Shown: piece by piece, positions 10,459-22,038 of the stretch
How positions within the stretch are numbered: the first letter of the stretch is position 1
Layout of the letters: each line of letters starts with the position of its first letter
Source: Mayamaea pseudoterrestris
Taxonomy: Eukaryota
DNA: 64,000 bases
NCBI GenBank assembly: GCA_027923505.1
Contig: BROI01000005.1
Location: forward strand, 930,001-994,000
Direction: 5' to 3'
Position numbers and translations under genes: made by a program
The notes under the pieces: generated by a model
Databases searched by the model: none
What the model saw: the letters and a program-made list of their open reading frames with translations, nothing else
Told to the model about the DNA's origin: nothing

Positions 10459-13400
10459 CTAACGGTTCGCGGCCATCTTCTGCTGGATCATTTCACAGAG
10501 TTTCTTAATAAAGAGCTCTTTGTATTGGGCACGACCAGTAGGGGCATCCACGAGATGAACTAAAACGTTGTTCTGAATGTCATCAGCAGTAATGCCCAAT
10601 TGCATGAAGCGCAAGCAGATCCGTTCGTTCATCTGAGACATGATTTGCTTATTAAGTTGCGCCAAAGGGCCGTCGAGGGTCTTGATAACCGTCTTTCGCT
10701 TAGGATTGTCGAAGAGCTTCTTGCACGTTAAAAGTCCCATAATCTTCTCCTCTTCATCGACTTGCTCGTTTGCCTGTTGCAAAACATCCACTACTGCGGC
10801 AATGCCATTCTGCAATTCGTCCGCCAATTCGTTAAGCTGATCTTGGTGATTTTGCGCCGCTTCGTCGAGACCATGCTGTACCTCCTCAGTGACGGCAGTG
10901 AGATTCTGCTGAATGTCCTCTACTGTTTGGGAAAGTCCACTGCGAGTGGTAGCGACAATTGATTCAAATTGAGTCGCCAGTTCGTTGATCTGCAATCCGT
11001 CCGCCAGTTCGTTAAGCTGATCTTGGTGACTTTGCGCCGCTTCGTCGAGACCATGCTGTACCTCCTCAGTGACGGCAGTGAGATTCTGCTGAATGTCCTC
11101 TACTGTTTGGGAAAGTCCACTGCGAGTGGTAGCGACAATTGATTCAAATTGAGTCGCCAATTCGTTGATCTGACCATCCTCCGCAGTCGACTTGTCATTC
11201 AACTTGCTCTCTAAGATGTCAAAACGATTGGCGTTGTCGCTCGCCACTTTCTGGGCGACCGCTGTGGCGACTTCGTTCACTTGCTCTTTGGTTAATCCTT
11301 GGTTGGTAACGTAGGAGTTGTATTGATCGCCGTGAACGGATTGGTCACGGTTGTCGGCGTGGACGGAATGGTCGTTGTTGTTCATCACCACTGGGCCATG
11401 GTAGGGAAACTGGCCAGGCGGTGCTTGCAGCTGACCGTGATGATCATGGCTCGGATAGGGACCAAATTGTGGCGGATTCATCATGGGTGGGATGGGGAAG
11501 CGAAACTGACCGTGATGACTAAAGCTCGAATTGGAAGGTTGGTGGGGACCATATGGTGGCGGCGGTTGGTGGTGTTGTGCTGCCTGGATCTGTAAAGCTT
11601 GTCCACGCGGTTGCGTACGCAATCGCAGCTTGGTCTTATAGGTGTCCGATCGCGCAAGTTCAAGCTGCTGATCCTTGACGTTCTCCTTGGCCGCCTTGTT
11701 TCGTTCGTTGCGCTTGATTTTTGCACTCCATATGTTCCATTTAAATACTTTTAAGAGACCCGGCCAAATCTGTTTGAGAAATTGTGTCTTATTACTGACT
11801 CCAAATTTGTAATCATGTAAAAGCGCCTCAAGGAACAAACTGTTAAGACTTTTGCTTTCATAAAGGCGGTGCTCTGCTTCGTAGTAAGCAAGAAAGTCAA
11901 GAAAGGCTTTCTGTACAAGAAGAAACCAGTTTTCCGTCGTTACAATAAGATTTCCACCTCGTGCCAAGCACGTCAGACCCTCCCACTGTTTCACCGTAAA
12001 GATGCTGTATGCAACTTTTTCGCCGCTTTCCTTGGTATAAAGGCGCCCTTGCAAATGCAATACTTCTTGAATTCCCTTTGCGATTTGATCAGCGTCGCTT
12101 TGGAGCAGCACATATTTGTCCCGATCGCGAGGGGTGATCAATGCCAAATCACCGGGAAGAGAAGTCGAATGAACACTCAAGCCAGCCCGATTTAAGGTAC
12201 TTGGCACATCATTTGGTGCGTCTGAGGCGCTGGAGTCTGGCAACGACAGCAAAGCTGTACTGGTTACTGAACTTGTAATGGAAAGAGACGTGGCGTCATG
12301 ATTCGGCGCGGCATTGGCACCGTCATTCGTATGGAGTGTCAGTCCACCTTCCGTTCCAGAAGCCGTACTCAAGCCAGGCATGTTGCTCTCCATATGCGAA
12401 GCAGGGTCCAACAAGTTTCGCTCCGTCGGCACACTTGGAGGTACGTCGAAAGCACTGAGGGAAGCGACAGAGCCATCAGCAGTGGACTGGAAGGATGTTT
12501 CGCTGTCGAACAATGCCGGTGATCGATCGAACGCATCATTTTGGCATGTTGTCATCGAGACGGAGTTCATACTAAATGGACGAGCTACAACCGTCGTTGT
12601 CGTCGTCATCGCCGTGCCCGGAGGACAAGGACTTTGACCCATGGAATCATCCGGCGTGTCTTCCAAGGGCTGACCACTTTCGGAGGAAGACTCAGTGGTT
12701 GTCTTCGGGGAGACATCAGCAAACGTCGTAGTCAGGTCTGACGTTGACTGCCCAAGCGCGACGGCCGCATCGGTGGCTTTCGTCTGCGTCAAAATCAGCG
12801 TGCTTGCGTCCGTCGAACATTTTTGTGCATTATGGTCGCTCGCAAGGTCAGTCGCAGCAGAACCGAATGGCCGACGAGTGCCGCTGTCATATGAGGCGAT
12901 GCTTGTTCCAATGTTCTTCGGAGTAGTTGGCTGGCTGAACCCCAGAACATCATCGCCAAGCGACGCATTTAAGTCACGTTTGTCAACCAATTCTACCGTG
13001 CTCTTGCTGAATTTGTTGGCAGTACGATTAGCAGGAGCGATTGTGGACGCGTCGGCACATGCGTTCGTTGGTGCAGTTGTCTTGCTTGAAGCAATCTCCG
13101 GCATCTGCATATTGTCGTCCTTGCCAAGGACCTCCTCTGTCAAGCCTGATCCCTTTTCTCCAGTCGTCGCTTCCATGTGCTTGTCAATGTTTTCGGAAAA
13201 TGCATCTGCGGACATTGCAATATTTGAAGTGGTGGTTGGTGCAGCCGACACGGAGTTCAACGTAGACGTCGTATTGTTTTCCTTTCCATTGCCATCCAGT
13301 TGCGACGGCTGAGAAACTTTGCTTGTAACTGCAGTCTCGAGCATTGTATTTGTGATGCTTCCTTGTCGCGCATGAGAAGGCGCGTGCGAGACAGAAGCTG

Positions 13401-14007
13401 CGCGCAATGGGATCGCTGCGTCCGTAGTTTCCGTCAGCGCATTCATGTCCTTTCCGATGACATTATTTGAAGATGCTTGAAAAGCTCCGCGTGAATTTTT
13501 TAGATCAATTGAAACACTTGCATCCATCTTGCGTTGCGGAGACTGGTTGATCGGCGGCGTTGAAGGTTCGTGTGTACCAATGCCAAGTGCGAATTCGCTG
13601 CTAACGGTAGTTGAGCAACCGATGCCGTCAGTAGAAGTCGTCGTCGTTTGATGCGTCAATTTGCCGTGGCCGCCGTCGAGTAGACTGCGCTGCTGGGGGA
13701 TAGAAGCGTCAAAAGAGTGACTAGACGCAACGGTAGTGTTTGATAAATGGGACAAGTTGAGTGTATCGTCTTCCAGCTGTTTCTCAGTATCGACTGGCGG
13801 CGCTGGAGAGGAATTAATTGCTGCAGCAGCGCCTGCAGGATCATTCGCGGGTTCCGTCGGCTCATTGTTGTTGCTGTTTTTTCCAACGAACGCATGGACA
13901 GCGGCCTTGATCGTTGCTAAGCCTGGAAGAGAAGGCGCAGCGTGGACTTCTTCCGGCGGTTCGTCCGTGATCCAAGCCGTGAACGTAGAGACGAAATTGC
14001 TTGCCAT
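10459..14007 (-). CDS. Orphan 1182-aa protein: Ser/Thr-rich disordered N-terminal half, central helical region, Pro/Gln/His-rich linker, duplicated 60-aa coiled-coil
   Basis: Uninterrupted 3.5-kb ORF with ATG; no family recognised. Confidence 0.7.
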   Translation of the reverse strand: MASNFVSTFTAWITDEPPEEVHAAPSLPGLATIKAAVHAFVGKNSNNNEPTEPANDPAGAAAAINSSPAPPVDTEKQLEDDTLNLSHLSNTTVASSHSFDASIPQQRSLLDGGHGKLTHQTTTTSTDGIGCSTTVSSEFALGIGTHEPSTPPINQSPQRKMDASVSIDLKNSRGAFQASSNNVIGKDMNALTETTDAAIPLRAASVSHAPSHARQGSITNTMLETAVTSKVSQPSQLDGNGKENNTTSTLNSVSAAPTTTSNIAMSADAFSENIDKHMEATTGEKGSGLTEEVLGKDDNMQMPEIASSKTTAPTNACADASTIAPANRTANKFSKSTVELVDKRDLNASLGDDVLGFSQPTTPKNIGTSIASYDSGTRRPFGSAATDLASDHNAQKCSTDASTLILTQTKATDAAVALGQSTSDLTTTFADVSPKTTTESSSESGQPLEDTPDDSMGQSPCPPGTAMTTTTTVVARPFSMNSVSMTTCQNDAFDRSPALFDSETSFQSTADGSVASLSAFDVPPSVPTERNLLDPASHMESNMPGLSTASGTEGGLTLHTNDGANAAPNHDATSLSITSSVTSTALLSLPDSSASDAPNDVPSTLNRAGLSVHSTSLPGDLALITPRDRDKYVLLQSDADQIAKGIQEVLHLQGRLYTKESGEKVAYSIFTVKQWEGLTCLARGGNLIVTTENWFLLVQKAFLDFLAYYEAEHRLYESKSLNSLFLEALLHDYKFGVSNKTQFLKQIWPGLLKVFKWNIWSAKIKRNERNKAAKENVKDQQLELARSDTYKTKLRLRTQPRGQALQIQAAQHHQPPPPYGPHQPSNSSFSHHGQFRFPIPPMMNPPQFGPYPSHDHHGQLQAPPGQFPYHGPVVMNNNDHSVHADNRDQSVHGDQYNSYVTNQGLTKEQVNEVATAVAQKVASDNANRFDILESKLNDKSTAEDGQINELATQFESIVATTRSGLSQTVEDIQQNLTAVTEEVQHGLDEAAQSHQDQLNELADGLQINELATQFESIVATTRSGLSQTVEDIQQNLTAVTEEVQHGLDEAAQNHQDQLNELADELQNGIAAVVDVLQQANEQVDEEEKIMGLLTCKKLFDNPKRKTVIKTLDGPLAQLNKQIMSQMNERICLRFMQLGITADDIQNNVLVHLVDAPTGRAQYKELFIKKLCEMIQQKMAANR
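10809..11172. repeat. Near-perfect 180-bp tandem duplication inside the orphan ORF
   Basis: Lines 10861/11041 and 10921/11101 are essentially identical; encodes QINELATQFESIVATTRSGLSQTVEDIQQNLTAVTEEVQHGLDEAAQ twice. Confidence 0.95.
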
Positions 14008-15059
14008 GATTCACTACGTAGGCTTGCTCGACGCGATCGTTAATAAGGCTCTTTGCTTCTTCCGCGTAAATGTCGTTTACGCAATGTAAAAGTGCGATGA
14101 TAAGAATGTTCGCTGGATTGTTGGTCTGTACTTTAATGACAATTGCTGCGATATGGTACCGTAGGGCATGCGGCTGTTGCGAAAGCGATGCGCGCCGACC
14201 ATTCTCGAGTGAAAGTATCTTGAACGTCACTCGCGCGTGCCTTCACATGACGGTGCGACACGAGTACCGTTGTGAGTCCCCGTAAATCAACTTACGATTT
14301 CAGAAAGTTGAATTGCCGCCAATACGGATCGGATCGCCTCCAACGATCTTGTTGTTTAGCAGTAACAGTAAGTCACGTTCCCAGCTGTGCTGAAAGGTTC
14401 TCGCTGATTTGAGTGCACCAGATCATCGGGAGGTATAGTGCTGATTGTGGAGGCATCCGCAGTCAGTGTTATACCAAACAACTCGTAACAAACCCTTTAT
14501 CTCAGCCGATCGGTTCTGGCAAGCAGCGACGCGTGTCATCGGCAACGATCGCTGCACCTATTTACAAGACCTTTAGACAGCTTCATTGCTGCTTCTGATA
14601 AGGTGGCTTTGAGTCCTGAGTTCTTCAGGCATGGAGTCGGGTATAGTCCATTGGGGAACAGTCCAGTCGTCACGAATGTGACAGGTGTCCGGGTCGGCGT
14701 CGACGAATCGACGAATGCAAGCGCCAATGAGGCGTTTCCTTTGCAATCTTCTCCTGGTGATGCACTGGTGAGTCTCACATCGGCGAGTATGCATGGTTAC
14801 GTGTTTGTCAAAAGCGTTGTGGTGTTTACCCATTACAATCATTGGCAGTTTGCAGGTTGCTCCAACGATGGCAGAAGTGTTGCTTTTGTTGTGACGTTTG
14901 TGTGTATGGAGTGGAATACTTTTTCTTTCAAACAATTGTTTTTACCTCTTCACAGAAACCTTTTTGGTCATTGCGATGAGGTTGTTCGAGCATCAATCAC
15001 TGACCCATGCACGGTTTGACGGTACGTCGTGCCTGCTGCTGTTGCTAGTTGCTAAACTA

Positions 15060-16040
15060 CTTTCCCGCGCCAATCTTGGCTTCTTTAACACAGATGCTCC
15101 CTCGCCGAGAATGCTGTCTGCTGATTGTCGATACATTATTTGGCTCTTCAAGTCAAGTCGCACGGTTATTACCGCTGAAACAAAACTGTTGCAGGTTGCA
15201 GTTACGATAGCCTTTTCTACTTGCGGTGAGTGAATGTAATCACAGAATGCAACTGGAACTACTACTAGAAAAGACCTATTATAGACCTTGTCGACTTGTC
15301 GAAGGTGTTGTATCCAATATGCTTTACGTATATGCCGACGGAGCGCTTGCCAGGATCTGTGAGCTGAGTCGTCGGCGGAAAGAGAAGAAACCCTTCCATT
15401 GTAGCATTTTCGATGTACACCAATAAGTGACGGACTGGGCAAAGGTGGGGATACAGGCTGTCCAACACGCCGCAAGTGCAAACCTCCATCGCCTTGCCCG
15501 ACATGCCGAGTGCATCCTTGGAAGTATGGCCAATCTGAAAAGCATCGATGCACTCCGGGCAACGATCCTGGTCAACTCGATTCAACTCGATTGCCTTGGA
15601 AGCCATTGTTAATGTGAAGACAAGTCACTGCCGAAGAAACCTGGCGCATGCGCTTGTTACAATTCCATCCACCATCGCATTTTAGAACGACTCGCGCCTG
15701 CACTACTCCATCAACTCTAGTGGCTGCACTGATGTATGGCACGCCGTCATCTTCGTCTGTCTAAATCTACCGACGAATCTAGCTTCTTGTAGCGCAGATA
15801 TCCTGTAAAGTCTCGCGCTTCATTGCAATCGCCCGGCCCTCAGTAAATGGTCTATATCTTGCTAGAAACAAGGGAAGCTTAGATTCCCAGGTGCTTCTCA
15901 TAGCAAAAATTTGCCACACATGTTTGTAGTGCTGCTTGTAGGTGTTAGCAGTGGTTGTACGAGGGATTTTGGCCCCGGAAAGAATTGTTGCCCGACAAAT
16001 CCAGTCGACAGGGCTTCTGTTGTCCTTTAGGCCAGGCAAT
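15060..16040 (-). pseudogene. Degenerate tyrosine-recombinase gene, Crypton (CryptonS-like) transposon relic
   Basis: Colinear fragments in shifting frames: TYKQHYKHVWQIFAMRSTWES; VLKCDGGWN...QVSSAVTCLH...G; CPEC; GCTRH...LRRVGQP; LCPVRHLLVYI; HSLTASRKGY; VRLDLKSQIMYRQSA. Several stops, and a 10-bp duplication (15573-15592) that causes a frameshift. Family assignment rests on recalled motifs. Confidence 0.6.
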
Positions 16041-17246
16041 GCCCCATTTGGAGGCAGCTATAGGTAGCTGATCATCCCCTAGGTCTTGAAGAGGCGTGCT
16101 TAGAGCGACAACCTCATTAATTTCCCGCACCTGCCTCGGCATCCTGCAACTTTGGAACCGGCAGATGTTTGCGCTCAAGGAACATTGGAACTAATCGTCC
16201 TATCCTAAAAATTGTTATACCCATTCGTAGTTGGGGTTGCACTTGCGCACCTTCACGCCAGGGCTGCTATAGTAGAACGAGTCAAGCTCGTCGAAAGATA
16301 TTTAGCCTTTCGCAGGTCCATCAATAGTACAGTTCAATAGTTACACAGATCAACAGAGTATCGATACGTACTTGCGGGGCTTCGAAGTGTGTCTGTTTAA
16401 GATGTTTTTGTTTGAGCCGCAGCGACTCATTTTGATGAAAGGCATGCCAATGGCCTGCTCGTCGGTTACTTGGCGTACAACGAGCAGCAGTACAATGACA
16501 TGGAATGCATTGACTTGAACACTATCGTGTCTTGCAAGTATAGCAGTTGCCAAAAGAAAGAGTTGTTTCGAATTGAGTGCGCGTCGCTTGGAGAAATTTG
16601 TTCACTCAACTCGATGTCATCATTTTGTTTCCATGTTAGTGCGGGTTACAGGTTGCAGGATAATACAGAATGCGGTTGGTTCGTCATTTCGTCAAGTTTT
16701 TCGATACAATACCAGCCTCCGTCTTTGTCCTGGTTTCGCAGTTCCTGTGCAATGTCCAATGGCATGAGATTCGAGATTCGAGTAGGTGCGGAGACACAAG
16801 CGCCACTCAAACATTATTACCAGTAAGGTCAACGAGACAAAATCATTTCAGAGATTCCACACCTGATTCAGACTGAGACGCAAACAACCAAACAACATCG
16901 TGGATCAGCAAATCAGCATGGTCATCAGCTTCGTCGCGCAGCGGAGGCTTGTGCGACGACGAGCGACGGATGGAACGACTCAACGCAAATCGAGGAAGTG
17001 CACCATGTGATCCATATCCACTGCTGCCATATAGCGTTAGTTCGCTTCTAAGTATTAATTGTTGGTAAACTCTGGGAGAATGTGGATGGTGGTCGAGCGT
17101 CGATGGTCGATGGTCGAGCAGATCGCGTCTCGAATGTTGACTCGTCGGATGTCACTTTTTGTCGCACCGTTAATGACTTCGACTTCGACGAAGAGCCATC
17201 AAAACCAAAATCCGTCGTCCATCCACAAATTGCTAAGATTCGCACC

Positions 17247-18374
17247 ATGACAAAGCCGCTTTTCACCGCGTGTTTGTTGACCGCAAGCATTTATCTATCA
17301 GTAACATGTGATAAAGTAGATGGATGGGTATCATCTTCTCGTCCACTTCATCAAGACGGATTTCTGCGCCAATTTGCCACCGGTAGGAAGCGACAGCCGA
17401 TTGTCGATGCGGAGTTTGAACGCGTTCAACTTATTGCCGAGCGAGCAGACGATGCACAAGCATTTGAAAAGACAGGCGAGGCGTCGCAATCCAAGTCGCT
17501 GATTGAAATGTCTCTGGAGGCGGATTCCGATTTTAACAACACACGAGTTCCTTTCATCGACGTCGGCGGCACAAGCCAGCGCTACATTGATGTAAGACTC
17601 GCATTCATGGTCGCATGTGACGGCGTTGAATATGGTATTGGAATTCCATTCGATCATACAGCGGCCATTACTGTCGAAAGCAACGACAATGGCTCTGTTC
17701 AGTACATTTCGCCTGACGATGACGACAATGAGGAGATCATGCAGATTTTTGCCGCGCAGCTGCAGACGCAAGTCGGTGAGGATCTGACACTGAAACGAAC
17801 ACCACGAGTTTTGACGATTGCTGGGCCACTGGAAACATGCACGAACGATTGGATGGAGAACATATTACCAAAGCCTGTAGATATCGACGACCTCATGAAG
17901 GAGGAATCTGACGAAAATTCTGAGTTCATTCATACGTTTATGAAGGAAGAACTTGGACAAGACCTTTATCAAAGTGTGATGGATGAGGAAGCATCGGACG
18001 ACTTGTCGGAAGACATTCAAAGCTTGTTCAATGTTCCAGGTTTAGGCGACCAAGCAGATGACAGCGAAGGAATGAAGGAGCTCATTGAATCGATGCGAGA
18101 GGAACATGACGTTCAAACGAGCAAAAAGCTGACCGAGATAGGCAGGGACCTCGACCACGATGGCGTCGCACTCAAGTTGGTTAGCTATCTTTTTCCTGGT
18201 GGAAAGGAGTACTCACTAGTGTATTTGCTCAAGCCATACATATTGATTGCCAGATCCGCTCGCAGCGACGACGATCTTCAATTCAACTTGCTGACGCGCG
18301 ACGAGGAAAAGATTGTCGCTCCACGGATAGAAGCATTATGTAAAGATGACCTTGACAGACTTATAGCTAATTAA
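17247..18374 (+). CDS. Plastid-targeted DUF3727/DUF1292-like protein
   Basis: Signal peptide ending VDG-W; LTLKRTPRVLTIAG, acidic linker, then LVSYLFPGGKEYSLVYLLKPYILIAR resemble the cyanobacterial/plant DUF3727 family. Confidence 0.65.
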   Translation: MTKPLFTACLLTASIYLSVTCDKVDGWVSSSRPLHQDGFLRQFATGRKRQPIVDAEFERVQLIAERADDAQAFEKTGEASQSKSLIEMSLEADSDFNNTRVPFIDVGGTSQRYIDVRLAFMVACDGVEYGIGIPFDHTAAITVESNDNGSVQYISPDDDDNEEIMQIFAAQLQTQVGEDLTLKRTPRVLTIAGPLETCTNDWMENILPKPVDIDDLMKEESDENSEFIHTFMKEELGQDLYQSVMDEEASDDLSEDIQSLFNVPGLGDQADDSEGMKELIESMREEHDVQTSKKLTEIGRDLDHDGVALKLVSYLFPGGKEYSLVYLLKPYILIARSARSDDDLQFNLLTRDEEKIVAPRIEALCKDDLDRLIAN

Positions 18375-18935
18375 GTAACCGATTAAATGTAAGTAACAGT
18401 TACCATTGCAAATATAAAATTATCAACATGGCTTTGTCGGCCATCCTGACCGTTGCAGAGACTGCACGTCCAACACAGCTTTCCAGGCGCTGCTTGTCAT
18501 CCCGACAAACATACTCTACAGCGTCCAGCTCCCGTAAGCCACCCAGCTCGCCATATTGAAAGCTATTGCGATCGGTCCAGCAGTTTGTGTGTTGTTTCCA
18601 TTGGCCATCACCGCACGTAGCATATGCAAATGACATACGATAGGCAATCGATGTATTTCTTGTGGGAAAGCATTATTTCGTCAACGTTCTTTTATTGGTG
18701 CAACTTTTCCTGAGCTTGTCGGCTCATCCCATCACATTAAGTGATTGCTTTTGCAATCTTCGACCACACACTAATTCCGCCACGGCTCGTTGTTCGTCAG
18801 TCGTCACACACTGATTTATAAAGTATTTTGCTACTCATACCGTTGCACAGCGTTGCGACAAGCTCATATAAACTTACGCTTCGGAATAACGCTGAGAAAA
18901 GGTCATGTCCTTGCATGCTGTCTATTGTATGTTAC

Positions 18936-20216
18936 TTATTTCGCTACTATATAGACAGCCATTGCAATCAACGCGCCTCCTGCAAACCCAGCAGGTGCCA
19001 AAGTTTCACCGAGAACCAACCAAGCAGTAATCGCCGTGCAAACAGGCTGAATGGTGTATATCAGATTAGCCGTCACAGGTGCCACTCGGCTTTGTCCGTA
19101 GCTCTGAGCGTATATAGTGTATCCGCAGGTAATCAAACCAGTCCATAGAATAGCTAACACAACTGGAATGAGTGATGATACAGGACGATGACCGCTGGAA
19201 ATGCCATTGATAGTCAACTCGAAGAAGCCGACTATTTCCTGACCCGCATCTTGAGAAGAGGCGAGAAACGACGTACCGGTAACCGCTGCAGCGGCTTTTG
19301 CTTCAACCCCGCGTCCCTCGGTAATGATAGTTGAAAGCACCACGAACGCCGCGACCAACGCGCTGAGAAGTGTTTCAACCGATGCCTTGCACGCGGCCAG
19401 CCGAAGTGCCGAAGTTGACTTGGCGTACCCCTCCAGCCGGATGCAATGAAAGCTGTACATGACGGCAGCAGCGGCAACATAAAGGTCGCCAACAGATAAG
19501 GATGGCACTAAGAATTCCAGCGCGAGGTCGTCACTACTCGTCATTGTTGGAAATTGGTGGTCGATGACCATTCGTCGCGCAGCGTCGATAGCTGAGTCCT
19601 CGGTGCCTTCTAAACCCATGACCGCGACACCCGCGAGCGCAAGCAAGCATGATCCCCATATTTTACATCCAACTTTTCGTTGCAGAAGCGGTACAAAGAG
19701 TGTCGTGAGCTGTAGCATGAAAGCTGCACGATCGGCTTCAATCGTTTTTAGTCCGATCACTTGAAGTGAATTGCCAAGAAACAGATAGAGTCCAAGTTCG
19801 AAACCACCAAGAACCGGCCAAGATGATGGTGATGCACGCTGCACTTCAGTCAGCGTTGCAACATTCTGTCGCCATGTATTTTCGGATACAATGGCAGCCG
19901 TCACAAGCGCACTCGCAGCGACCAGGTAGTACAACGTGGAGAATACAAACCCAGGAATCGGAGGATCCATGGCATAGACATATCGAACAGCCGGCTCAAA
20001 AGTACCCCAGGCGAAGGGAACAGTAGCCAATACCACGAGTCCATTTCGTCGTTCATGTTGGAGAGACAATGATTCGTCTTGATCCGGCAGTGACGCCTTG
20101 ATCTTGGTGACAAATGATTGCCGCCTCACGGAAGCTCTAGTCGTTGAGAGGAACCCTTCTACGAGTTGAGTGTAGCCAATTGCACGGAAGAGAATCCAGT
20201 AGAATGAGCGCCGCAT
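18936..20216 (-). CDS. EamA/DMT-family transporter, probably plastid-targeted
   Basis: Presequence VEG-FL; GGFELGLYLFLGNSLQVIGLKTIEADRAAF and QSYGQSRVAPVTANLIYTIQPV...LVLGETL show two EamA repeats. Confidence 0.85.
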   Translation of the reverse strand: MRRSFYWILFRAIGYTQLVEGFLSTTRASVRRQSFVTKIKASLPDQDESLSLQHERRNGLVVLATVPFAWGTFEPAVRYVYAMDPPIPGFVFSTLYYLVAASALVTAAIVSENTWRQNVATLTEVQRASPSSWPVLGGFELGLYLFLGNSLQVIGLKTIEADRAAFMLQLTTLFVPLLQRKVGCKIWGSCLLALAGVAVMGLEGTEDSAIDAARRMVIDHQFPTMTSSDDLALEFLVPSLSVGDLYVAAAAVMYSFHCIRLEGYAKSTSALRLAACKASVETLLSALVAAFVVLSTIITEGRGVEAKAAAAVTGTSFLASSQDAGQEIVGFFELTINGISSGHRPVSSLIPVVLAILWTGLITCGYTIYAQSYGQSRVAPVTANLIYTIQPVCTAITAWLVLGETLAPAGFAGGALIAMAVYIVAK

Positions 20217-20668
20217 GACAAGCTGGATCCTCGTGCATCATGTCGATCGACAGTGAAAGTGTCGTGATTTCGACGATCCCCGATCAATCGTGTGCTGGAG
20301 CGATAATTACTCCCGTGCATGCGGCTTAAAGATTCATAGGGGTACTCAGCGACTGACAAGACGGCTGAGTGCGCCAAGGAGTGAAGTGACGTACGTACGG
20401 ATGCTTCACCACGGATGGAACCTCGTCTTGCCTTGATCCCGCAACAAGGGCGCTTATCCATGGATAGGCTCTAACTATGAAATGCATCGTGACTGTAGGA
20501 GAGGAGAGCTTGTTAAGTCTAGTCTTGAGACGGAAGATGATGATTTGCCAACGAAAAAAGAGTGCTGATAAATCTGGCATAACACAAAGATTTATAGCTT
20601 GTACTTTAAAGTTATCTTCATGTCAGTGATCCTCCTCTTGCGCGAATAAAATGCTGTAGACAGTCAGT

Positions 20669-21004
20669 TTAGAGCTTGACAACGTAGTCAATGACTTCTT
20701 GGACTGTCGAGATGTTGGCAGCCTCTTCCTCAGGAATCTCGCAGTCGAACTCCTCTTCAATGGCCATGATGAGCTCGACAGTGTCAAGGGAATCGGCACC
20801 GAGGTCATCAACGAAGGTAGCAGCGTTTGTAACCTTGTCAGCATCAACTCCAAGTTGGGAAACAATAATTTCCTTGACCTTCGCCTCAACCTCGGCGCTC
20901 ATGAAAAGGGCGCTGCTTGCGAATCGCTGCGAGACGAAGGCTGGCGTCGTGAAAGCAACGGCCGACGCAGCGACAAGGGCAAGGATTGTGGATCGGAACA
21001 TCAT
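20669..21004 (-). CDS. ACP: Plastid acyl carrier protein
   Basis: Bipartite presequence (ASAVA-FTT); [20 protein letters not shown] phosphopantetheine motif. Confidence 0.95.
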   Translation of the reverse strand: MMFRSTILALVAASAVAFTTPAFVSQRFASSALFMSAEVEAKVKEIIVSQLGVDADKVTNAATFVDDLGADSLDTVELIMAIEEEFDCEIPEEEAANISTVQEVIDYVVKL

Positions 21005-21290
21005 CTTGTAGGTAAATGGAAGGGGAGTAGGTTGGGCTCGCAACGAAAGATTGTGAGAGGGTTGCCTGGCCGATGGATCGTTAGCGACGTCGCCTATACG
21101 TCCAAGCAGCATACGCACGCGACGACTTTTGAGTTGTTGACGTAACTTTAGTGTCGTACCGTGACTGACGAAACGAATGAATGTGTCTTTCGTCCAGCAT
21201 CATTTCGACGAACACTTCTTCTTCGCCCTTTACCGTTGCACCTCCGATTAGATGGCAAGAAAATTCCACATTATTGTTGAAACGAGTATA

Positions 21291-21968
21291 ATGGCCTCCG
21301 TTTGGTGGCCCAAAAGTGCGAAAATGCTCTTGCTCGTGCTCTTGCTAGCCGGGCCAACCGTCTGCTTCCAGTCGCTTCGTTATTCTCCATCGGCAATTTC
21401 AGCAAAAGGTTTCTGGCTCTTGAAATCTGCTCCATTATTCAAACGATCGCCAATGAACTCATGCCGTCGCGTTTTTTGTGGGTTGGGCGCCAATTTACAG
21501 GACGAATTTTGCCTGCATGATCGATTCGATCGATGGCGGTGGCTGCAGCGACTTCTTGATGGCGAGACCAATGCGTCTGACACAAATAAGCTCCTCTATC
21601 AAGTACTGGCGACGTATGTCAAAAGCCCTGGCGAAGAATATGGTGAATCTACGGAGTTGATTGCCCCGAAAAGGAACGAAACGGAAACAGTTTTACGCGA
21701 CGCCTGCGATGGAATGATTTTAGCATTCATGGACGATGGGGGATCTGTAACGGAGGCCGTCTATGATCAGTTAGAGCGACTTCTTCCAGATCCCGATAAA
21801 GATGAAGATGCCTTTAAAAGTTTGTGGGACATTGTAATGGAGATACATGGACGAGAGTCGGTGAAGCTCAACGAACGAGATGGACGCATGGAGTGGAAGA
21901 TGCGTTGCCTTGTGGCGCGTGTCTTGTTGTACTATGATTTTCTTACGCGTGGTATACCAACTTTATAA
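21291..21968 (+). CDS. Hypothetical protein with plastid-type presequence
   Basis: Hydrophobic signal ending TVC-FQ; globular region DRFDRWRWLQRLLD...WDIVMEIHGRESVK. Confidence 0.65.
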   Translation: MASVWWPKSAKMLLLVLLLAGPTVCFQSLRYSPSAISAKGFWLLKSAPLFKRSPMNSCRRVFCGLGANLQDEFCLHDRFDRWRWLQRLLDGETNASDTNKLLYQVLATYVKSPGEEYGESTELIAPKRNETETVLRDACDGMILAFMDDGGSVTEAVYDQLERLLPDPDKDEDAFKSLWDIVMEIHGRESVKLNERDGRMEWKMRCLVARVLLYYDFLTRGIPTL

Positions 21969-22038
21969 AAACGCGTTAACGTCCGTTCGTATAGCTTGCC
22001 TGCCTTTCCTGTCACACCGGCCATTCGTGGCATTGCCT

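Noticed and set aside
9400..17050. Defined termini for a full Crypton element
   Set aside because: Only scattered short motifs (for example TATGG/CCATA) were seen, with no convincing paired boundaries by eye.
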